DNA from: Eledone cirrhosa
Lineage: Eukaryota
Assembly (NCBI GenBank): GCA_964016885.1
Contig: OZ024746.1
Span: 39,866,001 to 39,930,000, forward strand
Direction: 5' to 3'
DNA: 64,000 nucleotides
Under the pieces are notes generated by a model, which saw only the letters and a program-made list of their open reading frames with translations, was not told the origin of the DNA and searched no databases. Position numbers and translations under genes: made by a program. Shown piece by piece: positions 56,010-64,000 of the stretch (positions are counted from its first letter, which is position 1; each line of letters opens with the position of its first letter).

Positions 56010-56220
56010 TTATGGATTAGCTAAATGGCTAGAGCGTCAGACAAAATGCTTGGCGGTATTTAATCACGGCTTTATACGTTCTGAGTTCAAATCCTACCAA
56101 AGCTAACCTTGCCTTTCATCCCATCGAGATCGATAAAATAAAGTACCAGCCAAGTACGGAAATAATAGACCTTCCCTTCACTTAAATTGCTGGCCTTGTG
56201 TCAAAATTAGAAATCATTAT
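56010..56220 (+). mobile_element. SINE family A, older
   Basis: ctgagttcaaatcc B box, core and tail. Confidence 0.8.
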
Positions 56221-56651
56221 TTTAAACAAAAATCAGTATTGAAAGGATTCAATTTCTCTGAGGCTCCACAAAATAGATATATAAATATTTTAAACTCGGT
56301 ATAATCGCCATATTCATCATGTACATTGATTGGACTTTCCATCTCTGCAATAAATCGCTGTTTCATTCGCTGCATGATTACGTTTCTCCTTACTTTAATC
56401 TAGTTACATTTATTGATTCGTTTTCCTCTGTAATCTTCTTCTGGAATAGACTTTTTCTTATTTGTATGGAACCTTAGCTACTTGGCCAGTCAATCAAATT
56501 ATGATGGTCGTAATGAAAATATTATCTTTATGAAACGATCCTGCTCTCATAAAAAACACCTAACTAATTATATAGGTCATCTGTCAAGTAGACAGACGCT
56601 CAAAAAACATAACTGGATGAGTTGATATTAAAATATATAAGCATATGTGAG

Positions 56652-56686
<35 letters not shown>

Positions 56687-56790
56687 GGATACTATTTATG
56701 GTTATGTATATATTAAACTTTTTATAGTTATGTATATTTTAAACCTTAAACAGTGAAGGTCAGTAATTTATTACTACCTTATTACCAGTA

Positions 56791-56859
<69 letters not shown>

Positions 56860-57589
56860 CTTGTGCTGTGACAATGATGTATTTGTTTAGCAAGGTTTTC
56901 TGGCAATATTGTAACAACATGACCCTCCCCAAATATAACAATATATATATTTAGGTATGTGTATTTGTATAACTACCGATATATGGTATGTTTATGAATA
57001 AACATTTAAAAGATTTAGCTATGAATTTTGGAAGCTGATAACTGGCACCATAAGGTGGATTCCAGGAAAAGCAGGATCGGGTAATCTGCCAACAGTCGAT
57101 TGTTTCTGACTATTGTCGTTATCAAGACAGCTCTCCCTCTCCTTACTCAGCAATACAGAGAAAGGAGATGCCGCGAGAGTTGTCGCAGATAGATTTTTAC
57201 CTTTGTTCTTGAGGAGATGGGTTATATAGACATACATACGAGGGAGTCCAACCATTACCAGTTTTGCTCAATGAAGGAATGTGGGAAAAGTAAACAAGAT
57301 AAAATAACACTTTACCAATTTACTTCGATGTCCCGACTACAGTTTCAATATTGCAATGATTTAGGATATTCTCCACAGTGAGACTTCACAGGTCCTCGGG
57401 AAACTTCTTAATCGAAGAAAAAATGATTTCGAGTTTTGTGTTACCTGCGAGAATTATCAAGTGATTTACGGTCAACAGAAGGGTAGCATTAGGTGGTCAA
57501 TGGCGAGTGACAGGGCTGCTAGAAAGAGCAGTCCGTTTCAGCCTAATGTTTTTTAATCAACTGTTTTAAGAGATACAGAATTATTGAAG

Positions 57590-57922
<333 letters not shown>

Positions 57923-58151
57923 ATTAGAACCCTGTAACCATTAAGCTCTAAGTATAAAGTACAAATAAATACTGAGCCGATTAACAATATATAGTAAGAA
58001 ACACAGTAAACCGTGTGTCTAAAATTACAAGGGTTGAAAAACCACGTATGTTTGAAATATTTAACCAAGAAACAGACAGAATGACAAAATGAAAATAAAA
58101 ATATATTATCATAATTATACAAACCGCCTCAATAACCATTATATCTCTCGG

Positions 58152-58227
58152 ACAGATTATCCCTAATCTGTTTCGCCCTGAGTGTGTTTGTAACAGATAA
58201 TCCTGGGCTTCATCAGGGATAATCTGT
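58152..58227 (-). ncRNA. Hammerhead ribozyme candidate with alternative pairings
   Basis: Minus strand: ACAGATTATCC CTGATGA A GCCC...GGGC GAAA CAGATTAGGGATAATCTGTC. Confidence 0.65.
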
Positions 58228-58387
58228 ACCTGTGAACCTGTACTCCATATACATATAAAGAGGGAGAGGAAGAGAAACAGTCGCAAGGTTACGCAGACAA
58301 AGCGGCATGCTGCCAGAGATACATATAAATAGATAGAGAGATAGAGTGATAGATGGACAGACAGACAGGCAGATACATAGATAGATA

Positions 58388-58779
58388 ACTTTCTTTTTAT
58401 TTATCTCTCACCTACAGTCTGGTGTAGAGTGAAGGCCCATTCACACGGGCCATTCTCGCCACTTTCACCCATCTTTCATAAAAACGGCTGGGGTGCAGCA
58501 CCTCTCTCTCCATCCTGATCCTTCTTCCGAAATGATATCGGAAGAAACGGACCAGTTGTTGGCCAGAGAGAAAGGTGTCTGAGCTCACTCCTTTCAGACG
58601 CGTCCACCATACAACCTCTTTCGCCATGGCTATTACGCACAGAAACACCGCCTCTCCTTCGTTTTTGAAGAGGGGAAGCGGCTTGATCGTTACAATAGAC
58701 TCGGTGGTCAACCGGATCGGTCCCACCCTTGACAGCAGTTGTTCCACATAGCCCCACAGATCGGCAATGCCCGAGCAGT
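58388..58779 (-). mobile_element. Tx1 copy 1, 5'-truncated, most of the 3'UTR deleted
   Basis: ORF 58412-58747 is a diverged ORF2 C-terminus; its 3' terminus (+ strand actttctttttattt) is identical to that of copy 3; flanked by GATA repeats. Confidence 0.88.
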
Positions 58780-58788
58780 AGATAGATA

Positions 58789-59277
58789 AATTTCTTTATT
58801 AGTCACAAGGGCACAAAAGAAGGGGACAAATACAAATGGGGAGTTTACATACAGGTATATGAAATTAAAACTATTAATAAAATAACAAATAACAATTGAA
58901 ATCCCCAATAGGGGGAAGGCGTTACACAGGGGTTGTACACACCCCCAAAAAATGTACAACCCTCATCTCCAGGAGCACCAAGAGTGAGTACTCCCTTCTT
59001 CTCTTCCTCTTTTTCCTCAACCTACTTATAGGCTTATATAGAGAGAGGGCCCAACCACTCGGGCCATCTTTGCAACATTCACCCACCTTTTATAAAATTT
59101 GCTGGGGTACAGCACCTCTCTCTCCATCCTGATTCTTCTTCCAAAATGATATTGGAAGAATCAGTTGCTCGCCGGAGAGAAAGGTGTCTGACCTCAGCCC
59201 TTTTAACCTCGTCCACCATATAACCTCTTTCACCATAGCCATAACACATAGGAAAACCGCCTCTCCCTCGTTGTTGA
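58789..59277 (-). mobile_element. Tx1 copy 2, 5'-truncated, diverged
   Basis: Encodes NEGEAVFLCVMAMVKEVIWWTRLKGLRSDTFLSG, homologous to the ORF2 C-terminus; 3'UTR resembles copy 4; GATA repeats on both sides. Confidence 0.88.
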
Positions 59278-59367
59278 TAGATAGATAGATAGGTAGACAG
59301 GCAGGCAGATAGATAGGTAGAGAGTGAGAGAGAGAGATTGAGAGAGATATGCAGACACAGATAGATA

Positions 59368-60145
59368 ACTTTCTTTTTATTTGCCACCAGGGCGTCAAAG
59401 AGTGGGACAAGTACAATGGGGGGGAGTTTACATAAAAAGGCGTCCTCAATAAAGAGGAGGCAATAACAAAATATAAAAATATAAAATATAAAATATAACA
59501 AAAATAAATTGAATTACAAAATCCTCAATAGGGAGGAGGCGCCTTGGGGAGGTCGCACACACCCCCGAAAAAGTGTGCAACCCTTCTCCTCAGGAACACA
59601 GAGAGAGGGTGCTCCCTTGATCTTTTATCTTTCTCACCTACAGTCTGATGTAGAGTGAAGGCTCATTCACACGGGCCATTCTCGCCACTTTCATAAAACT
59701 TGCTGGGGTACAGCACCTCTCTCTCCATCCTGATTCTTCTTCCAAAGTGGTATTTGAAAAAAAGAATCAGTTGTTGGCCGGAGAGAAAGGTGTCTGACCT
59801 CAGCCCTTTCAACCTTGTCCACCATACAACCTCTTTCGCCATAGCTATCACACAAAGGAAAACCGCCTCTCCTTCGTTTTTGAAGGAGGGTGGCGGTTTG
59901 ATCATGACAATGGACTCGGTGGTCAACTGGATTGGTCCCACCCGCGACAATAGTCGTTCTACATAGCCCCACAGGTCAGTGACGCCCGGGCAATGTATGA
60001 ATGCGTGCGCGACGGTTTCTTCGTCTCGCACGCACCTCGGACAGATCTTTTTTGCAGGGTCCCTGCCCGGGCGCCCATGTCTGTAGAGCTTGTCTCGAAC
60101 TGGTAGAGCTCCTCGGTAGCACTGCCAGGCCAGGGACTTTTGGAA
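59368..60145 (-). mobile_element. Tx1 copy 3, 5'-truncated and chimeric
   Basis: 59691-60145 matches 60471-60925 with one visible mismatch; the 3'UTR is of a different type, shared with copy 1; GATA repeats on both sides. Confidence 0.9.
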
Positions 60146-60406
60146 TAGATAGATAGATAGATAGATATATTTCTTTATTAGCCACAGGGGCACAAAAGAA
60201 GGGGACAAATACAAAGGGGGAAGTTTACATACAATAAAAACGTGTAAAATGTTATCACAGATGGAATTTAAAAGTTAGTCGATTTTCCCCAATAGAGGGA
60301 GACAGTTTATATGGGTAACACAGACCCCCGAAAAAAATGTGCAACCCTCATCTCCAGGAGTACGAAGAGCTTGTACTCCTTTCCTCTCCTCCTCCTTTTC
60401 CTCAAC

Positions 60407-63400
60407 CTACAGGCTGATATAGAGAGAAGGCCCATTCACTCGGGCCATTCTCGCCACTTTCACCCACCTTTCATAAAACTTGCTGGGGTACAGCACCTCT
60501 CTCTCCATCCTGATTCTTCTTCCAAAGTGGTATTTGAAAAAAAGAATCAGTTGTTGGCCGGAGAGAAAGGTGTCTGACCTCAGCCCTTTCAACCTTGTCC
60601 ACCATACAACCTCTTTCGCCATAGCTATCACACAAAGGAAAACCGCCTCTCCTTCGTTTTTGAAGGAGGGTGGCGGTTTGATCATGACAATGGACTCGGT
60701 GGTCAACTGGATTGGTCCCACCCGCGACAATAGTCGTTCTACATAGCCCCACAGGTCAGTGACGCCCGGGCAGTGTATGAATGCGTGCGCGACGGTTTCT
60801 TCGTCTCGCACGCACCTCGGACAGATCTTTTTTGCAGGGTCCCTGCCCGGGCGCCCATGTCTGTAGAGCTTGTCTCGAACTGGTAGAGCTCCTCGGTAGC
60901 ACTGCCAGGCCAGGGACTTTTGGAAGTTGTCCATCGGTCCCGGGCGGAAGGTCCTACCGAACAGACTGGCCAGTTCATCTTCCTCCACGCCTAGAGTTTC
61001 ACCGAGCGCGTCGTCGCACTTGCTGCGGACCAACCCTCTATAGAATGACGAAGTGGAGTCTCCACTGATCGCCGGGTCCGCCTGCCAGAGGGCTGTGAGC
61101 GCCTGAGCACATTCGATGTGCCAGTCGCCCATTTTCCTCGGTCTCTGCTTGACCCAGGACTGCAGCTCGGTCAGCGAGACGAGTCGTGGGAAGGCTCGCC
61201 TCACGAACGGGGCCCACACCGGTTGTCCGGTGAGGAATACGTAGAGATGCCGCAGCCTGAGCGCGTGTTTGCGCATCGTCAACCACGGCATCCCCAGCCC
61301 TCCGTTAGAAGGGTGTTGGCAGCAGATGGATCTTCTTACCAAAGGAGCCCGCCTCTTCCAAAGGAATCGGAAGAGGGCGCGCTCCATTTTGGCGAGCGTT
61401 TTGGCTGGACAAGGCACGACGGTCAAGCGGTAGTAGATGGCGGACGCTATAAAAGTGTTCGCCACCTCCGCTCGACCTTTCAAGGATAGTTTGCACTCGG
61501 CCCACTTCTGGGTGAGTGCAAACACCTTGGCCGTCACTTCGTTCCAGTTCTTCTCCACCTGGAGGTCCGGACCAAACCAGACCCCGAGCAGCTTTACCGG
61601 TCCTTCCGTCCAGCGTCCGACGACGCCATCGGAAGGCATCGGTCTGCCTCTCCACGATCCGAGTTGCAAACCGATGGACTTGTCCCGGTTCAGCTTCGCT
61701 CCTGTGAGACTTTCGTATTCCTTTAGTAAGGTGCCGACTTCCTCGATTTGCGAGGCGCTCGACACCATTACTGTCACGTCGTCGGCGTAGGCCGACGCCG
61801 CTTTCCGCAGTCCCGGTTCCAGAGGGATGCCCTGCAATAGCTCCAGCTTCCGCAGTAGTGGCTCGAGAGTCAGTACGTACAGAAGGGAGGAGAGAGGGCA
61901 TCCCTGTCGAATGGATCGCGTAATATGGAACGGCTCCGAGAGGTAACCGTTCACCTTGACCCTTGAGCAGATGTTGCTGTTGTGCATTGCAGCAATCCAG
62001 CCCCTGAACACGGGTCCGAAGCCTGCCGCCTCGAGCACCGCATCCAGGTAACGATGGTCAACCCTATCGAAAGCCTTAGACTGATCCAAGTTGATCAGGG
62101 CCCCACCGAAGCCGGGTTTACACCCTACCCTCTCTATGATGTATCGCATGAGGTGGAGGTTGTCGTGTATGGACCTGGTCGGGATCGCGCATGTCTGCGC
62201 TTCTCCCACCAGGTTCTCGACGACAAGCGCCAGCCTCTTTGCCAACACCTTGGCCAAAATCTGTAACTCTGTGTTTAGCAGAGTTATGGGCCGGAAGTTG
62301 CCTATGTCATCCCCCTTATTCTCGTCCTTCCTGATTAGTGTGACCACGCCCCCGGTTACAGAACTGGGAATTCTCCCGTTCTGTTGCCAGTTGCAGTAGA
62401 CCGCTTCCAGGAGACCGGAGAATAAGTCCGGCATTGCTACGTAAAATTCGTAGGGTAGACCGTCGAGACCTGGAGATTTGCGTTTGCCGCATTGGCTCAG
62501 CGCGTCCCCTATCTCAGTGGCTGAAATCGGCTTTTCGCAGAACTTCGCCTCGCTGTCCGAGAGTAGCGGTAGGCCGTCGAGGTATGGACCGAAATCCATA
62601 GCCTCTCCCGGCGCGCCGCTCCCCCCGAACAGCCGAGCAAAGTGCCGCTGAAAAGCCGCACACATCTGCTTCGGCTCACGTATCACGCGTCCGTTTTGGT
62701 CCTTCAAAGACCGAATCGTGGACTTGTTGCCACTTTTTGCCTCCGTCACTCGGGCCCAGCTAACAGCTTTGGCTCCCTCGTTTCCCAGAGCACGTATTTT
62801 GCTTCTGACAACGCAGCCCTCGTGCTTTGCGTCGAAGAACTGGTCCAAGGCCGTTCTCGTTGCTAGCACGCTGGCTACGTTGCCACTTCTAATTGCCTCG
62901 TCTACTTTATCTACCAGTTCCTTCTCGGTTCTATTTCTATCTAACGCTAATTCTTTACTAAAAACTATCGAGTCTAATCTAACTGCCCTCTTGAGAGAGT
63001 ACCACCATCTGTTGTTGACAATGGCCCCTGTCAAGTGCTGTTTAACTAAAGTGCTAATCCGTCTACTGTAGGCTTTGCTTGTCGGTAACGACAAGTTCAG
63101 CTTCCAGTAGCCGGGTCCTTGTCTATGGGTTCTATCAAGGTTGGCCATGCAGGTCACTAGTTTGTGATCTGAATAGGCAACCATGAACATTTGTGGACAG
63201 CTTAACATGTCCCTATCCTTATTTCTAACTAGAACCCTATCTAGGTACGATCTAGATGTTCCGCTACGATTACTCCACGTCCACAGTGGCGCAGTCGGAA
63301 AATCTAGTCGATATCTATCGGCCAGGTCAAATCGGTCGATTAACTGTTTGAGGCTGTTACACCCCCCTTTATCGGGACATGCTCCCACATAGTCCCAACG

Positions 63401-63844
63401 TGCATCTAGGATTCCATTCCAGTCCCCCACTAAAAGCAAGGAGCGGGACGTTCCCAGAAAAGTCTCTAGACGTTTGAAGAAGTCTGGCCGCGGTGTCCCG
63501 GATGGGGCATATGCGGCCACCAGCCTGAACGCTCCACCTTCACTACCGTCAACGTCTAGGACCACCAGTCGACCCTCCGGGTCCAGATGTACCGTCTGTG
63601 TTACGAGGCCCAGGTGTTTCCGCAGCAAAACGGCAACTCCGCCCCCACCCCCCGGTTGACAGAGAGATGCGTAGATCTCAAAGTCATCGAAGATGGGGGC
63701 CAGCTGTCGCTCGCCGTGGATCCTGGACTCGCAAATGGCTACCACATCCAAACTGTGCGACCTGAGGTCGTTTAAGAGTTTGCCCTGTTTCCAGGGCATC
63801 CCCAGGCCGCGTACATTCACACATCCAACTCTTATATTGGCCAT
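60407..63844 (-). CDS. Tx1-clade (L1 superfamily) non-LTR retrotransposon ORF2: APE endonuclease, reverse transcriptase and C-terminal CCHC Zn knuckle; intact 1145 aa
   Basis: Endonuclease motifs NVRGL, GDWN, SYLDRV, YSDHK. RT motifs KSPGLDGL, FRPITLLN, LDQSKAFDRV, RQGCPLS, AYADD. GGLG motif and CPRC-x-EETVAHAFIHC knuckle. GPGYWKLN and LSLKGRAEV are Tx1-like motifs. Confidence 0.95.
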   Translation of the reverse strand: MANIRVGCVNVRGLGMPWKQGKLLNDLRSHSLDVVAICESRIHGERQLAPIFDDFEIYASLCQPGGGGGVAVLLRKHLGLVTQTVHLDPEGRLVVLDVDGSEGGAFRLVAAYAPSGTPRPDFFKRLETFLGTSRSLLLVGDWNGILDARWDYVGACPDKGGCNSLKQLIDRFDLADRYRLDFPTAPLWTWSNRSGTSRSYLDRVLVRNKDRDMLSCPQMFMVAYSDHKLVTCMANLDRTHRQGPGYWKLNLSLPTSKAYSRRISTLVKQHLTGAIVNNRWWYSLKRAVRLDSIVFSKELALDRNRTEKELVDKVDEAIRSGNVASVLATRTALDQFFDAKHEGCVVRSKIRALGNEGAKAVSWARVTEAKSGNKSTIRSLKDQNGRVIREPKQMCAAFQRHFARLFGGSGAPGEAMDFGPYLDGLPLLSDSEAKFCEKPISATEIGDALSQCGKRKSPGLDGLPYEFYVAMPDLFSGLLEAVYCNWQQNGRIPSSVTGGVVTLIRKDENKGDDIGNFRPITLLNTELQILAKVLAKRLALVVENLVGEAQTCAIPTRSIHDNLHLMRYIIERVGCKPGFGGALINLDQSKAFDRVDHRYLDAVLEAAGFGPVFRGWIAAMHNSNICSRVKVNGYLSEPFHITRSIRQGCPLSSLLYVLTLEPLLRKLELLQGIPLEPGLRKAASAYADDVTVMVSSASQIEEVGTLLKEYESLTGAKLNRDKSIGLQLGSWRGRPMPSDGVVGRWTEGPVKLLGVWFGPDLQVEKNWNEVTAKVFALTQKWAECKLSLKGRAEVANTFIASAIYYRLTVVPCPAKTLAKMERALFRFLWKRRAPLVRRSICCQHPSNGGLGMPWLTMRKHALRLRHLYVFLTGQPVWAPFVRRAFPRLVSLTELQSWVKQRPRKMGDWHIECAQALTALWQADPAISGDSTSSFYRGLVRSKCDDALGETLGVEEDELASLFGRTFRPGPMDNFQKSLAWQCYRGALPVRDKLYRHGRPGRDPAKKICPRCVRDEETVAHAFIHCPGVTDLWGYVERLLSRVGPIQLTTESIVMIKPPPSFKNEGEAVFLCVIAMAKEVVWWTRLKGLRSDTFLSGQQLILFFKYHFGRRIRMEREVLYPSKFYERWVKVARMARVNGPSLYISL

Positions 63845-63877
63845 GTTGGTGCTGAAAAGTTAAAAGAGGAAAAGAGA

Positions 63878-64000
63878 TCACTCACCCTTCGCCTCCTGGG
63901 GACCAGGCCGCACGATTTCCATGGGGGTGTTGGAGGGGTTGTCTGGATGGGTGGTGGTTTCCGGTGGGGTGGGGACGCAGATGTTTGGTGGGGTGGGGTC
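63878..64000 (-). CDS. 3' end of Tx1 ORF1 (Pro/Thr-rich tail), cut by the window edge
   Basis: Open frame DPTPPNICVPTPPETTTHPDNPSNTPMEIVRPGPQEAKGE* ends 33 nt upstream of the ORF2 ATG. Confidence 0.65.
   Translation of the reverse strand, partial: DPTPPNICVPTPPETTTHPDNPSNTPMEIVRPGPQEAKGE

Larger units (their letters stand above)
60168..64000 (-). mobile_element. Tx1 copy 4 (long, probably full-length, young)
   Basis: Intact ORF2; ~240-nt 3'UTR ending AATAAAGAAATA followed directly by (TATC)n at 60146-60167. Confidence 0.92.

Noticed and set aside
60739-63881. Short alternative-frame and antisense ORFs inside Tx1 ORF2
   Set aside because: Expected by-products of a GC-rich coding sequence.

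Overview
AT-rich animal genomic DNA, probably an octopod cephalopod (inferred from the SINE repertoire and the very dense (TA)n/(CA)n/(TACA)n microsatellites, not proven). Only two long ORFs look real. (1) A 700-aa gene whose CDS lies in one exon at 43094-45196 (+): a Cys-rich secreted, probably GPI-anchored protein with an internal ShKT-like motif. (2) An intact Tx1-clade (L1 superfamily) ORF2 (APE-RT-Zn knuckle) at 60407-63844 (-), with the end of ORF1 at the window edge. Nearly all other listed ORFs are microsatellite translation artefacts. Two microsatellite-associated retroelement systems stand out. First, about nine recognisable type I hammerhead ribozyme motifs from mostly unrelated sequence families, plus decayed ones, lie in short inverted or partial-tandem elements abutting (TA)n tracts. 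This is Penelope-like pLTR architecture; two motifs carry the compensatory U3-A8 core and one pair is perfectly palindromic. Second, four Tx1 copies from diverged subfamilies form a head-to-tail array in which every junction is a (GATA)n/(TATC)n repeat, suggesting GATA-repeat targeting. Also present: many tRNA-derived SINEs (several with clear TSDs), an internally deleted RTE-derived element in two copies, and a hAT-like MITE. All folds and alignments were done by eye, and repeat edges are approximate.
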